Shown here piece by piece: positions 37,030 through 47,844 of a DNA stretch of 64,000 nt. The notes under the pieces were generated by a model. That model ran no database searches, was not told where the DNA came from, and saw only the letters and a program-made list of their open reading frames with translations. Origin of the DNA: Actinomycetota bacterium (GTDB lineage Bacteria; Actinomycetota; UBA4738; JBBDHU01); contig JBBDHU010000007.1 of assembly GCA_040880705.1 (NCBI GenBank), forward strand, positions 137,246 to 201,245, in the 5' to 3' direction. A program made the translations under genes and the position numbers. Each line of letters starts with the position of its first letter. The first letter of the stretch is position 1.

Positions 37030-38137
37030 GCTTCGCCCAGTCCTCCCAAACCGGCTCGTAGCCGAGCTCCTTGAGCCGGGCGGCAACTTCCGCAGCCGAA
37101 CGGAGGTCGGCTATCTCGAATTGCTCCGTAGCCTCGTCCGGATGTTCGTATCCGCCGGGCTCGGTGTGTGATCCGGCGCTCGTGTGCGTGATCCCGATCC
37201 GGAACAGGCCGTCGCGAAAATCCGGCGATTCGCGCGTGGAGATCACAAGACCGGCATCGGGAAGCAACAGGCGCAGCGCACAAACCGTTTGCGCGAGTTC
37301 GTGGTCGGTTACCGGCCGCTCCGGCTGGTAACCGGCCGCGCTTGGACGAAGCCGCGGCACCGACACACTCAACTGCGTGCGCCAGAAGTTTCGCATCAGG
37401 TATCGGGCGTGTGCCGCAACCGCAAGGGCCTCGTAGCGCCAGTCGGGATGGAGACCGAGCAGCGCACCGATCCCCAGCCGGCGCATTCCGGCGCGGGCTG
37501 CGCGCTCGGGGCCGCCCAAGCGCCACTCGTACCGCCTCTTTCGCCCCGCGAGATGAACATTCGAGTAGGTTTCGGGATGATAGGTCTCCTGATATATGAC
37601 CGCTCCCTCGCATCCGGCCGCGACGAGCCCCCTGTACTCATCCTCACTCCAAACCTGGACCTCGATCGAGAGTTGTGGCACTTCCGCGGCGAGAGGACGA
37701 ATCCGCTCCTCAAGGAACTCCACTCCCGTCAGCCGCTCGTGCTCGCCGGTGAGAAGGAGGATCGAGCGAAACCCCTGCCTCACGAGATGGCGCGCCTCCG
37801 CCAGGGTCTCGTCGGCGGTCAGTGTCTTCCGGGCGATCGGCAACTCGCGCGCGAACCCGCAATAGGTGCAGGTCGTAAGACACTCGTTCGACAGATAGAG
37901 GGGCGCGTACATGTGCATCGTTTTTCCGAAACGCGCGACGGTCAGCCCGCGCGAGGCGCGCGCGAGAGACTCGAGCCGCTCCGACGCCGCCGGTGAAAGC
38001 AGCGCCGCGAAGTCCTCCAGCGTTCGATCCGGGGGACTCGCCGAGAGCGCACGATCCACCCGTGCCGGGGATGCGCCGGCGGCCGTCCCGAGAAGCCTCT
38101 CGAACGGAAGGGCCGCAAGCTCGTCGGCGAAGCTCAT
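36989..38137 (-). CDS. thiH: 2-iminoacetate synthase (radical SAM tyrosine lyase)
   Basis: [17 protein letters not shown] (CxxxCxxC), [16 protein letters not shown] and QFEIAD; ATG overlaps the thiG stop. Confidence 0.93.
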   Translation of the reverse strand: MSFADELAALPFERLLGTAAGASPARVDRALSASPPDRTLEDFAALLSPAASERLESLARASRGLTVARFGKTMHMYAPLYLSNECLTTCTYCGFARELPIARKTLTADETLAEARHLVRQGFRSILLLTGEHERLTGVEFLEERIRPLAAEVPQLSIEVQVWSEDEYRGLVAAGCEGAVIYQETYHPETYSNVHLAGRKRRYEWRLGGPERAARAGMRRLGIGALLGLHPDWRYEALAVAAHARYLMRNFWRTQLSVSVPRLRPSAAGYQPERPVTDHELAQTVCALRLLLPDAGLVISTRESPDFRDGLFRIGITHTSAGSHTEPGGYEHPDEATEQFEIADLRSAAEVAARLKELGYEPVWEDWAKLTPAAERSLSASR

Positions 38138-38904
38138 TCGATGAAATCGGTCAGCGGGCTCGAAGCCTCCGCCTCGTCGCGCTCCGGAGGCTTGCCCGAT
38201 AGGTTCGCGCGGCGCCCGGCCTCGACACCCAGCCTGAACGCCCCCGCCATCTCGACGGGATCGCCGGCAACTGCGATTGCGGTGTTCACTAAGACGGCGT
38301 CGGAGCCCATCTCCATGGCTTCGGCGGCATGTGACGGCGCGCCTAGTCCGGCGTCGACGACGACGGGCACGGTGGCCTGTTCGACGATGATCCGCACCGC
38401 GTCTCGGGTTCTGATTCCCTTGTTGGAACCGATCCACGAGCCGAGGGGCATGACGGCCGCGCACCCGGCCTCCTCCAGTCGCTTCGCCAGGAGAGGGTCG
38501 GCGTTGATGTACGGCAAAACGGTGAAGCCCTCCGCAACGAGTTGCTCCGCCGCCTTCAGGGTTTCGATTGGATCCGGCAGCAGGTACCGCGGTTCGGGCG
38601 TGACCTCGAGCTTGACCCACGAAGGCATGCCGGCCGCGCGCGCAAGTTTGGCTATCCGCACGGCCTCCGCGGCATCGGTCGCTCCGGAGGTGTTCGGCAA
38701 CAAAAGGTATCGCTCGGTGTCGATGAACTCGAGGATGTCGGGCCCGCCGGTTGCATCCAGATCGACTCGGCGAAGGGCCACGGTCACCATTTCGGTTCCC
38801 GAGGCGTCCAGCGCAGCCCGCATTGTTTCGTGCGATCCGAACTTCCCCGTCCCGATGATCAGGCGCGAGGAGAAGCTCCGGTCGCCGATTCGAAGCTCGT
38901 CCAT
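38134..38904 (-). CDS. thiG: Thiazole synthase
   Basis: [34 protein letters not shown] and VLVNTAIA. Confidence 0.97.
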   Translation of the reverse strand: MDELRIGDRSFSSRLIIGTGKFGSHETMRAALDASGTEMVTVALRRVDLDATGGPDILEFIDTERYLLLPNTSGATDAAEAVRIAKLARAAGMPSWVKLEVTPEPRYLLPDPIETLKAAEQLVAEGFTVLPYINADPLLAKRLEEAGCAAVMPLGSWIGSNKGIRTRDAVRIIVEQATVPVVVDAGLGAPSHAAEAMEMGSDAVLVNTAIAVAGDPVEMAGAFRLGVEAGRRANLSGKPPERDEAEASSPLTDFIE

Positions 38905-38907
38905 GAA

Positions 38908-38998
38908 TTCCCTCCGCCGGAATTACCCGGTTCAGGTTCCGTGGGTCGCCGACGCGATCAGCCCGCCTCTCAGCCCGGTTGTCCCGAGCTCCCCGCGT
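38908..38998 (-). ncRNA. TPP riboswitch
   Basis: Minus strand GGGGAGCUC...GCUGAGAG...GACCC..GAACCUGAACCGGGUAAUUCCGGCGGAGGGAA, directly before the thiG ATG. TATACT at 39003-39008. Confidence 0.93.
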
Positions 38999-39716
38999 TT
39001 CCAGTATAGGCGCGGGCTACTCGAAGCTCCCTGCGAACGCGCTTCCAGTCGCTCGACCTAACCGACCACAGCACATCGGTCAGAACCGTCCCGAATGCGA
39101 ATACTGCCACTGCGATCGCGGCCCAGACGGGTGCGTTGGTCAGCGGCCAGAAGAACAGCGGAACGAATCCCCCGACCTTGGACGCAAGAGCGCCGGCCGC
39201 GTGCATGAGCGCCCGGCGCGACGGCGGCGTTCGAAGGTAGCTCGCGTAGTCGGTCTTGATGCCCGGCCGCGGCGGGGGCGGCCACATCTTCATGAAGTAC
39301 GCGGTGAACCGCATGCCGACGGCACGGCCGACTACCCAGTGCGCCAGGTCGTGGACTCCGACCGCGAACGCACCCGAGGAAACGAGCAGCGCGACCCCCG
39401 CGACGGCCTCGCTCGACGCCCGGCGGGCTACAACGAGACCGGCTCCGCCGATCAGCAAACCCGCCAAGAGCACGGCGTTTCCGAACCAAACCGGGAAACG
39501 AAGCCTCACGCCCGTCTCGAATGCTTCGCGGTCGATCCGGCCGATCTGGTCGGCGAATCGCTCCACCAGGGCCGGGTCGCGCTTGACGCGCCCGACCACC
39601 CTCCAGAAGCCAAGGGCCTTCAGATCCGTCTCGCCGCGGTCCACCGCCGCCTGGATTCGCGCGAGTTCGTGCGCGAGATCCCCTTGATCCGCTGCCGAAA
39701 TCGGCGCTTCGCCCAC
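38970..39716 (-). CDS. Hypothetical membrane protein (HDxxH, site-2-protease-like)
   Basis: Four TM segments; VHDLAH and HAAGA resemble degenerate M50 HExxH/AGP motifs. Confidence 0.7.
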   Translation of the reverse strand: MGEAPISAADQGDLAHELARIQAAVDRGETDLKALGFWRVVGRVKRDPALVERFADQIGRIDREAFETGVRLRFPVWFGNAVLLAGLLIGGAGLVVARRASSEAVAGVALLVSSGAFAVGVHDLAHWVVGRAVGMRFTAYFMKMWPPPPRPGIKTDYASYLRTPPSRRALMHAAGALASKVGGFVPLFFWPLTNAPVWAAIAVAVFAFGTVLTDVLWSVRSSDWKRVRRELRVARAYTGNAGSSGQPG

Positions 39717-39765
39717 GATTTGCTCCTAGAATGGGGTTCTGGCGCGCGGCCCCCCAAACGCGGCC

Positions 39766-41610
39766 ATGAGCTTAACCACAGTCAGCGACAGGTACCAGGT
39801 TCGCGATCGTGTCGCCTCAGGGGGCATGGGCGATGTGTTTCGCGCATACGACGCCGTCCTGGCCCGGGACGTGGCCGTCAAGATCCTGCATCCCAACCTC
39901 GCCGCCGACCACGGGTTCGTCGAGAGGTTCCTGCGCGAGGCCCGGTCCGCCGCTCTTCTCAACCACCCCAACATCGTCGCCGTCTACGACTGGGGCGAGA
40001 ACGAGGGCACTTACTACATGGTGATGGAGCTGGTCCCCGGCGCGAGCCTTCGGCAGCTTCTGAACGACTTCGGAAAACTGGCGCCGCCGCAGGCGGCGAA
40101 CGTGATGCAACAGGTCCTCGCCGCGCTGGACCACGCGCACGGCGAAGGGATCGTTCACCGCGACATCAAGCCCGAGAACATCCTCGTCACGCCCCAGGGC
40201 GTCGCAAAGGTCACCGACTTCGGCTTGGCACGCGCGTACGCCGAGGCCCGCGTGACGCAAGCGCCCGGGACCGTGACGGGAACCGCCCAGTACCTGGCGC
40301 CCGAACAAATCCGCGGTGACGCCGCCGGACCGGAGGCCGACCTCTACGCGCTCGGCGTCGTCGGGTTCGAGCTACTGACCGGTCGGGTGCCGTTCTCCGG
40401 CGAAACCCCAGTGGCCGTCGCCTACCGCCATCTCTCCGACGAGGTCCCGGCGCCGTCCGCAGCCGACCCGTCGCTCCCTCCGGTCATGGACGAACCGATC
40501 CAGCACGCCACGAAAAGGGATCCCGCCCATCGCCCGAAGTCCGCTTCCGAGTTCCACAAGGCGTTGTCTCGTGCGGCACAGGAGTTGCCGCCGGCCGCAT
40601 CGCTCGCCGAACTGATTCGGACACTCCCGGCGGAACCGGATGTGTTGAATCTGCACGCGGCGACCGTGACGATCCCGAAGGCCAAAGAAGTAGTAGTCGT
40701 CCCGGAGCCGCGCAAGGCACCTCGATGGCTCAAGCGACTGACAAAGTTCATCGTGTTCATCGCGTTCCTGGCCGGCGCTGCTTGGGCGGTTTGGATCTAC
40801 GCGATCGCCCATCCCACGGAAGTCCCCTCGGTTCTAGGGATGTCGGCGCAGCAGGCCGAACGCCGACTCGGCGCGGCGGAATTCGAGGTGTCGTTCGGCG
40901 ACCAGGTCTTCTCGAGCCAGTTCGAATCAGGGGAGGTCGCCGAACAAAGCGTCGCGCCGGGAGACAGGGCGAACATGGGCAGCACCATCGTGCTGAGCCT
41001 GTCGCAAGGTCCTCAGATCGTGAAGGTCCCCAAGGTGCTAGGAAAAACGCGCGAGCAAGCGCAGTCGGCGCTGGAGGCCCAAAGCCTGGAAGTCGGCCGC
41101 GTGGCCGAGGACTACAGCGATTCCGTTGCCAAGGGGAAGGTCATGAGGCAGTCCGTTCGCGGAGGCGCGAAAGCCGACGGCGGAACGGCAATCGACCTCA
41201 CGATCTCGAAGGGCCCCCCGCCCGTACGGGTTCCCGACGTGACTGGCCGCACGCTCGAGGACGCGATGTCGCTGTTGCGCGGCTCGGGTCTCGAGGTCGT
41301 GCAAACCGACAAGTACTCACCTCTCGCGGATCGCGGGCGCGTGATTTCTCAGAGCGTCGACGCACGAAAGGTCGTTCCGGAAGGAACGAAGGTCGAGATC
41401 GTGGTTTCCCTCGGGCCGAAGACGTTCGACATGCCCGATGTAACCGGGATGAGCGAGGGCGACGCCGTGCGGAGGCTGCAGGGCATGGGGTTGAAGGTTG
41501 ACGTGAACCGCGTGCCCGGATCCAATGGCTCGCGAGTCGTGGGTCAGAAACCAAAGTCCGGCGAAACGGTGAAGGCCGAGCAAACAGTTACGATCTTCCT
41601 AGGCGACTAG
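39766..41610 (+). CDS. Ser/Thr protein kinase with PASTA domains (PknB/PknL-like)
   Basis: GGMGDV, VAVK, HRDIKPEN, DFG and APE; one TM helix; four VPxV.G-type PASTA repeats. Confidence 0.95.
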   Translation: MSLTTVSDRYQVRDRVASGGMGDVFRAYDAVLARDVAVKILHPNLAADHGFVERFLREARSAALLNHPNIVAVYDWGENEGTYYMVMELVPGASLRQLLNDFGKLAPPQAANVMQQVLAALDHAHGEGIVHRDIKPENILVTPQGVAKVTDFGLARAYAEARVTQAPGTVTGTAQYLAPEQIRGDAAGPEADLYALGVVGFELLTGRVPFSGETPVAVAYRHLSDEVPAPSAADPSLPPVMDEPIQHATKRDPAHRPKSASEFHKALSRAAQELPPAASLAELIRTLPAEPDVLNLHAATVTIPKAKEVVVVPEPRKAPRWLKRLTKFIVFIAFLAGAAWAVWIYAIAHPTEVPSVLGMSAQQAERRLGAAEFEVSFGDQVFSSQFESGEVAEQSVAPGDRANMGSTIVLSLSQGPQIVKVPKVLGKTREQAQSALEAQSLEVGRVAEDYSDSVAKGKVMRQSVRGGAKADGGTAIDLTISKGPPPVRVPDVTGRTLEDAMSLLRGSGLEVVQTDKYSPLADRGRVISQSVDARKVVPEGTKVEIVVSLGPKTFDMPDVTGMSEGDAVRRLQGMGLKVDVNRVPGSNGSRVVGQKPKSGETVKAEQTVTIFLGD

Positions 41611-41613
41611 GCA

Positions 41614-42267
41614 TCACTGCCCGTTCTTCGAGAAGTGCATGTAGTCCTTGTACTGGTTCCAGTTGCCGCCCCATTCCCAGCCGACGTCGTTGAACGCGTC
41701 GACCACGAAGTCACCTCCGTGGATCATGCCTGGTTTGTCCTGGGATCTATCCCGGTAGCGGCGCCCTTTCCTGGGGACGACTCGATTGCCGTCGACGAAG
41801 GGATTTTGGACGGGGCTGATGTCGATCGCGAGCCCGAACGCGTGCTGAGACCAAGTGTTCGTCCCTCTTACGAAGCGGCAGTTGAACGCCGAAGTGATGT
41901 TCTTGCGCATGAGCTTCTTGTCGTTGGCCCCGTAGGCGTCGGAGATCTCCAGTCTCTTCATCGGGAAGTCGTTGTCGAAGAGGACCTCGAACACCTGGAG
42001 GATCTCGTCGTCCTCGGTTCGGTGGACGACGAGCCGGCCGCGCCGCTCCTCATCGTCGAAGTTCTCGAAGTCGAGCCGAAGCAGCCGCAGCTTTCGGATC
42101 GGGATCGGACATCCACCGTGCCACGAAACACCCTTCATGCGCTTGCGCAGCTGAGCCGGGATGCGTTCGCTCGAACCGTCGAAGACGCCTGCCGCCGCTG
42201 AGGCCGCCTCCGCACCGACCACCAGCATCAGTGAAGCAATCTCCAGGGAAACGAGAAGGCGCTTCAA
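41614..42267 (-). CDS. Secreted M15-family D-Ala-D-Ala peptidase
   Basis: Signal peptide; SAFNCR, SQHAFGLAID and WGG.W...DYMHF. Confidence 0.88.
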   Translation of the reverse strand: MKRLLVSLEIASLMLVVGAEAASAAAGVFDGSSERIPAQLRKRMKGVSWHGGCPIPIRKLRLLRLDFENFDDEERRGRLVVHRTEDDEILQVFEVLFDNDFPMKRLEISDAYGANDKKLMRKNITSAFNCRFVRGTNTWSQHAFGLAIDISPVQNPFVDGNRVVPRKGRRYRDRSQDKPGMIHGGDFVVDAFNDVGWEWGGNWNQYKDYMHFSKNGQ

Positions 42268-42279
42268 TCCGTTCGTGGG

Positions 42280-42903
42280 CTACGGCTCCATCTCGGCGCG
42301 GCGGCCTTCCTGATACGAGTACCGCTCATCCGACCAGGGATCGGCGTGCGTGTGATACCCCCGGACCTCCCAGAAGCCGCGCACGTTGTGCTTCATGAAC
42401 TCGATGCCGCGCAACCACTTAGCGCTCTTCCACGCGTATCGCTTCGGAACTACGAGCCTGAGCGGATAGCCGTGGTCGGGCTCGAGCTCCTTTCCACGGT
42501 TCGCCCACGCGACCAAAACGTCGTCGTCCATCATCGCCTGCAACGAAAGGTTCGAGGTGTAACCGAGATCGCAGTGGGCCATCACCCACTTTCCTTCCTC
42601 GGTTGGCTTCGCCATCTCGGCCAGCGTGCGGAACGACACGCCCTCCCATTCGTTGTCGAGCGTCGACCAAGCCGTTACGCAATGCATATCGGCCGGCACC
42701 TTCGCATGGAGCAGAGCTCTGAGTTCCGAATAAGTGAGCGTGAACGGGTTCTCGCAAAGCCCGAACACTTTGAAGTCCCAGGTGGTTTCGTCGAACTTCG
42801 GCGGGCCGGCGAAGTGCAGCACCGGCCATCCCTTCGTCAGATGCTGGCCCGGCGGGATGCGCTTCGCGATGTCTTCCGGGTACTTCGGGCCGAAGAGCTT
42901 CAC
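42280..42903 (-). CDS. Sulfite-oxidase-like molybdopterin oxidoreductase (MsrP/YuiH-like, cytoplasmic)
   Basis: RIPPGQ, DMHCVT.WS, HGYPLRL, YAWKSAKW and GFWE..GYH; start trimmed to a leaderless GTG. Confidence 0.9.
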   Translation of the reverse strand: MKLFGPKYPEDIAKRIPPGQHLTKGWPVLHFAGPPKFDETTWDFKVFGLCENPFTLTYSELRALLHAKVPADMHCVTAWSTLDNEWEGVSFRTLAEMAKPTEEGKWVMAHCDLGYTSNLSLQAMMDDDVLVAWANRGKELEPDHGYPLRLVVPKRYAWKSAKWLRGIEFMKHNVRGFWEVRGYHTHADPWSDERYSYQEGRRAEMEP

Positions 42904-42915
42904 TTCGGCCAGTAT

Positions 42916-43890
42916 ATGGGGGTGGACACCAAAGCCTTGCCGGGCTTCACGCTGCGAGTTCCGCACCTGGAGGAGGCCGGCGCCGTCGCCGACCTGATAA
43001 ACGCCGCGAGCCTCGAGGACGTCGGGGCGCCGCATACCTGGCCGGAGCACGTACGATCCGACTGGACCGAGCCGGAGCACTCTTTAGACGACGACTCCCG
43101 CGTCGTCGAGGCCGAGGACGGGAGATTGGCCGCGTGTCTCGACTTCTACGGAGAACCGCCCTTCACGCATCTCGCCTCTTATGCGTACGTACACCCCGAT
43201 TTCCGCGGGCGCGGACTTGGATCCCTGCTGCTCGACTTCGTTGAAGCCCGCGGCAAAGTAGTCGCTGCTGCTTCCGCCGTAGAGGGACAGCGTGTGGGCC
43301 TTGTCTCGTGGATGTGGAAGCCGAACCACTCAGCCGTTGAGCTTCACAAGGCCCGCGGTTACAGCTACGTCCGAAGCTTCTACGACATGTTGATAGAGAT
43401 GGAGACTCCGCCACCGACTCCTAGATGGGCCGACGGCATCACAGTCCGCACGTTCGAGCGTGGCAAGGATGAGCGCGCGACCTTCGAAGTCGACAAGGAG
43501 GCCTTCAAGGACCACTGGGGACACTCGGACCACAGTTTCGAGACTTGGATCCACGCGATGATCGACGCAAACGACCGCTTTGACCCGTCATTGTTCTTCC
43601 TCGCTTGTGAGGGTGACAAGCTCGTCGGTCTCACGCTTGGGCGGAAGGGAACCCCCGAGGATCCGAACATGCTCTGGGTCGACGACATGGCTGTGCTTCG
43701 GCCGTGGCGCCGGCGCGGGGTTGCGCTCGCCTTGCTGCATCAGCTATTTGGCGAGGCCTACGCCCGCGAAGTGCGACGGATAGGCCTCGACGTCGACGCG
43801 CAGAGCAACACGGGCGCCGTGGGTCTCTACGAGAAGGCCGGGATGCGCGTATGGCGCGAGGGCGTCGGCTACGAAAAAAGGATCAGGTAA
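42916..43890 (+). CDS. Tandem GNAT acetyltransferase (MshD-like architecture)
   Basis: VHPDFRGRGLG and VLRPWRRRGVA, AFKDHWG, and GAVGLYEKAGM. Confidence 0.87.
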   Translation: MGVDTKALPGFTLRVPHLEEAGAVADLINAASLEDVGAPHTWPEHVRSDWTEPEHSLDDDSRVVEAEDGRLAACLDFYGEPPFTHLASYAYVHPDFRGRGLGSLLLDFVEARGKVVAAASAVEGQRVGLVSWMWKPNHSAVELHKARGYSYVRSFYDMLIEMETPPPTPRWADGITVRTFERGKDERATFEVDKEAFKDHWGHSDHSFETWIHAMIDANDRFDPSLFFLACEGDKLVGLTLGRKGTPEDPNMLWVDDMAVLRPWRRRGVALALLHQLFGEAYAREVRRIGLDVDAQSNTGAVGLYEKAGMRVWREGVGYEKRIR

Positions 43891-43891
43891 T

Positions 43892-46591
43892 TCACGCGGC
43901 GAATTGCTGCGGATCGGCCACGAAACGATCCCTGCACCTCTCGGAGCAGAAGTAGTAAGTAGTCCCCTCGTACTCTTCGCTTCCGAACGCGGTTGCCGGA
44001 TCGACCTCCATGCCGCAGACGGGATCCTTCACCATTCTCTCTTCCTCTCCCGGCTCGCCGATCTCCACGCTCACCTGCAGCGCCTCCGTGCCGGTGACCG
44101 GCAGCATCGGTGGCCTGTAGGTCCGCAGCCTATTCGAGTTCAGCACGACCGACAGCGAGCTCGCCGCCATGGCCGCGGCCGCGATCATCGGGCTGAGAAG
44201 CAATCCCGTGAACGGATACAGAACCCCTGCCGCTATCGGGATCCCGATCGTGTTGTAGATGAACGCCAGGAACAGGTTCTGACGTATGTTCCGCATGGTC
44301 GCGCGCGAGAGGGAGATGGCGACGACCACGCCGCGGAGATCCCCTGAGATCAGCGTGATGTCGGCCGCCTCGATGGCGACATCGGTGCCCGTCCCGATCG
44401 CGATACCGACATCTGCTTGGGCGAGCGCCGGCGCATCATTGATGCCGTCACCAACCATCGCGACCTTCTTGCCCTCCGCCTGAAGCCGCCGAATCTCTTT
44501 GGCCTTGTCCTGCGGAAGCACCTCTGCCAGTACGCGGCCGATGCCTACCGAACGCGCGACGGCCGTCGCCGTCTGCCTGTTGTCGCCCGTCATCATCACG
44601 ACCTCGAGTCCCATGTCTCTAAGCGCGGCGATCGCCCGAGGGGAATTCTCCTGGACGGTGTCGGCGACGGCGATCAACCCGGCGGGCTGCCCGTCCACCG
44701 CCGCGAAGATCACTGTCTTTCCGTCGGCCGCCATCCGGGCTGCTTGGCGGGCGAGCGTGGTTGGATCGACCCCTTCGTCTGCCAGGAAACCCCGGGTCCC
44801 GACGAGGACGGATCGACTCTCGACGGTTGCCCTGACGCCCTTGCCCGTCACCGAATCGAAACCCACCGGCTCCTCCACCTTGATGCCTCGATCCTTTGCC
44901 CCGCGCAGGATCGCACCAGCCAGTGGGTGCTCGGAGTTTTGCTCGGCAGAGGCGACTATCCGAAGGAGCCACTCTTCAGGGAACGCGCCTGTGGGAACCA
45001 CATCGGTGAGTGCCGGTTCGCCCTTGGTGATCGTGCCGGTCTTGTCGAGAACGATCGTGTCGAGCTTGTGTGCGGTCTCGAGCGCCTCGGCCGAGCGGAT
45101 CAGGATCCCGTTCTGAGCACCCTTGCCCGTCCCGACCATGATCGAAAGCGGAGTGGCGATGCCCAGGGCACACGGGCAGGCGATGATCAACACCGCGACG
45201 GCCGCAACTAGCGCGTTGATGAACTCGGGCCCCGGGCCGGCGATGTACCAAACAACGAAAGTCGCGATTGCAATAAAGATCACGGCCGGAACGAAGTAGC
45301 TCGAGACCCTGTCGGCGACCCGCTGGATCGGCGCCTTGGACCCTTGCGCTTCCTGCACGAGCTGGATGATCTGCGCCAGCATCGTTTCGCTTCCGACTCG
45401 CGTCGCGCGGAACCTGAAAGAGCCCGTCTGGTTTACGGTGGCGCCGATCACCGGATCACCCGCCTGCTTCGAGATGGGGATCGATTCGCCCGTGACCATC
45501 GATTCGTCTACCGCCGAACTGCCTTCGACGACCTCACCGTCGACCGGGATCTTCTCCCCAGGCCGGACCACGACGATGTCGCCGATCCGAACATCTTCGA
45601 TCGGAATCTCCTGCTCGGACCCGTCGCGGATCACCCGCGCGGTTTTGGCCTGCAATCCGATCAGGGCCCGTATCGCCTCGCCGGTTCCGGCCTTCGCGCG
45701 CGCCTCGAGCAGCCGCCCGAAGATGATCAGGGTGAGGATCACTCCGACGGTCTCGAAGTACACGTGGCGAAGGTCCTCGGGAAGTAACGACGGCGCCGCA
45801 GTGACTACCAAGCTGTACGCGTAGGCCGCGGCCGTCCCGAGCGCGATCAGCGTGTTCATGTCGGACGAGCGCCGGCGCAGGATCAGCCACCCGATGCGGT
45901 GAATCGGCCAGCCCGTGTAGAACATCACGGGAGTTATAAGCGCGAGCTGAACCCAACGGTTCATCAGAAAATCGGGAACCCAGGTGGCATCGAAGAGATC
46001 GGTCGCCATGGTCGCGACGAGAACCGGCAGCGTGAGCACGATCCCGACGACCATTCGGCGGGTCAGGTCGCGAATCTCCTCGAGGCGCGCCGCGAGGTCC
46101 GCATCCTCCGCTTCTTTCATTCCGGTAGTAGCCGGCTCGCGCATGTCGGCGGCGGGGGCTTCGCGGAGCGGGGTTGGGGATGGAATGGCAAGCGGATCAG
46201 AATCCCCGCCGCCCTCAGCTGCAGCCGTCTCCACCAGCAGCTTCCCGTGGACCATGTTCATGCCGCACGCGAAGTCGAACTCACCCTGCTTCTCGGGCAT
46301 CAACTCGACACTTGTTTTCCGGAACGGCGGGAGGCTCTTGTTCACCCGGAAGTCGGGGAAGACGACACGCGAGGTGCACTCCCCCGTCTCTTGGCGGTCG
46401 AACTTGATCCGAACCGGCATCCCCTGGCGCACGCGGATGACGTTCGGCGAATAGCCGCCCTTGACGACGACCTCAACTTCCTGGACGCCGTCCTTGACCT
46501 GCGCGTCGCTCGCCTTCTTGGGTCCGAAGAAGAACCAGGTGAGGCCGGCGATCAGGGCTGCTCCGCCCCCTGCAACGAGGATTTCGGCCAT
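43892..46591 (-). CDS. copA: Copper-translocating P1B ATPase with N-terminal cupredoxin and C-terminal YHS domains
   Basis: TGES, CPC, DKTGT, GDGIND, YN..P and MAASS; FACGMNM; KDPVCGM...YYFCS..C. Confidence 0.92.
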   Translation of the reverse strand: MAEILVAGGGAALIAGLTWFFFGPKKASDAQVKDGVQEVEVVVKGGYSPNVIRVRQGMPVRIKFDRQETGECTSRVVFPDFRVNKSLPPFRKTSVELMPEKQGEFDFACGMNMVHGKLLVETAAAEGGGDSDPLAIPSPTPLREAPAADMREPATTGMKEAEDADLAARLEEIRDLTRRMVVGIVLTLPVLVATMATDLFDATWVPDFLMNRWVQLALITPVMFYTGWPIHRIGWLILRRRSSDMNTLIALGTAAAYAYSLVVTAAPSLLPEDLRHVYFETVGVILTLIIFGRLLEARAKAGTGEAIRALIGLQAKTARVIRDGSEQEIPIEDVRIGDIVVVRPGEKIPVDGEVVEGSSAVDESMVTGESIPISKQAGDPVIGATVNQTGSFRFRATRVGSETMLAQIIQLVQEAQGSKAPIQRVADRVSSYFVPAVIFIAIATFVVWYIAGPGPEFINALVAAVAVLIIACPCALGIATPLSIMVGTGKGAQNGILIRSAEALETAHKLDTIVLDKTGTITKGEPALTDVVPTGAFPEEWLLRIVASAEQNSEHPLAGAILRGAKDRGIKVEEPVGFDSVTGKGVRATVESRSVLVGTRGFLADEGVDPTTLARQAARMAADGKTVIFAAVDGQPAGLIAVADTVQENSPRAIAALRDMGLEVVMMTGDNRQTATAVARSVGIGRVLAEVLPQDKAKEIRRLQAEGKKVAMVGDGINDAPALAQADVGIAIGTGTDVAIEAADITLISGDLRGVVVAISLSRATMRNIRQNLFLAFIYNTIGIPIAAGVLYPFTGLLLSPMIAAAAMAASSLSVVLNSNRLRTYRPPMLPVTGTEALQVSVEIGEPGEEERMVKDPVCGMEVDPATAFGSEEYEGTTYYFCSERCRDRFVADPQQFAA

Positions 46592-46636
46592 AGATATCTA
46601 GTCTCCTACCCTATTCAACAACCCCTTGTTCCCTGG

Positions 46637-47791
46637 CTACGACTTAGGGGTTTCCTTGGTGGGATCGACGAATGGCAGGGCTGTCACCGTTGCCGGTACG
46701 TTGCCGTCCGGCTTGGCGACCGTGAGCTCAGTCCCGGGCTCCGCCAGCTCGATTGGCACCCAGGCGTACCCGACGTTCTTCTCGAGACGCGGCGACCACG
46801 AACACGCGGTGACCCTCCCGACCTGCTTGCCGTCCTGAGTCACCGGCCAGAAGTCGTTGAGCGCTGCTTTCGCCGACATGTCTTCGCCGCCCATGTCAAT
46901 CCCGACGAGCTTGCGCGAGACGCCCTCGTTTCGGATTCTCTCCAGCGCATCCTTGCCGGCGTAGTCGGCGTTCTGTTGCTCGACCAGCCGCTCCAGTCCG
47001 CTGACCTCGAAAGGATTGTTCTCGATATTCATGTCGGATCGGTAGTTGAAGATCCCGGCCTCGATGCGGCGAGCCTCGTTCGGCGCGGTGACCTTGAGGC
47101 CGTGAGGCTCACCTGCAGCAAGGATCGCCTCCCACAGATCGTCGCCGCGGCTCGCGTCGCGAAGATAGACCTCGTATCCGACCTCTCCGGTCCACCCCGT
47201 TCGGGAAACGAGAACTGGAATGCCGTCGATCTCACCCTCGGCGCAGAAGTAGTAGCGGAGGTTCGCGACGTCGTCACCGAGCAGCGACCGAATTACCTCT
47301 TTTGATTTCGGTCCCTGTACCTGCACGGGATAGACCTCCGGCTCGCGGACGGTGACATCGAGCCCCGCGGCCACGCCGACACCCCGCGCCCAAAGCCCGG
47401 CGTCCGAGTCGGCGAGTGCCAGCCAAAAGTGGTTCTCGCCCAGTCGAACCAGCACGGGGTCGTTCACGATTCCGCCGTCTTCCGCAATCATTAACGCGTA
47501 TTTCGCCTGCATGACCTCACACTTCGTGAGATCGCGGCAGGTGAGCATGTTCGTGAGCTTGAACGCGTCGGGCCCGGTGATCTCGACGATGCGCTCGACG
47601 GCAACGTCCCAGAGTGCGACATCGTTGTGAATGGTCCAGTACTCGGGAACGATGCCCTCATAGAGGACCGGCAGAAGCATGTGGTTGTAGAGGCCGTAAC
47701 TCTTGCACCCGGCCCGCTTGGTGCCCTCGTAGAACGGCGACTTCTGGTACCAAGGACCTATGTAGAAGGTGAAAGTCTCGGATGTGCCCAT
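46637..47791 (-). CDS. GcvT-family THF-dependent methyltransferase, DmdA-like
   Basis: WDVAVERIVEITGPDA, TCRDL, VNDPVL, ADSD, SRTGWTGEVGYE and RRIEAG; SD GGAGG. Confidence 0.85.
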   Translation of the reverse strand: MGTSETFTFYIGPWYQKSPFYEGTKRAGCKSYGLYNHMLLPVLYEGIVPEYWTIHNDVALWDVAVERIVEITGPDAFKLTNMLTCRDLTKCEVMQAKYALMIAEDGGIVNDPVLVRLGENHFWLALADSDAGLWARGVGVAAGLDVTVREPEVYPVQVQGPKSKEVIRSLLGDDVANLRYYFCAEGEIDGIPVLVSRTGWTGEVGYEVYLRDASRGDDLWEAILAAGEPHGLKVTAPNEARRIEAGIFNYRSDMNIENNPFEVSGLERLVEQQNADYAGKDALERIRNEGVSRKLVGIDMGGEDMSAKAALNDFWPVTQDGKQVGRVTACSWSPRLEKNVGYAWVPIELAEPGTELTVAKPDGNVPATVTALPFVDPTKETPKS

Positions 47792-47844
47792 GAACCCTCC
47801 TATGGATCGGCGCAATACACTAGCGTCAACGGCAGGAGGGCTGC

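Noticed and set aside
36989-38620. Long N-terminal extensions in the ORF track (thiH 543 aa, mraY 454 aa, GNAT 514 aa, thiS 175 aa) as fusions
   Set aside because: The extensions overlap neighbouring genes and are low-complexity; internal starts with stop/start overlaps or promoter signals fit better.
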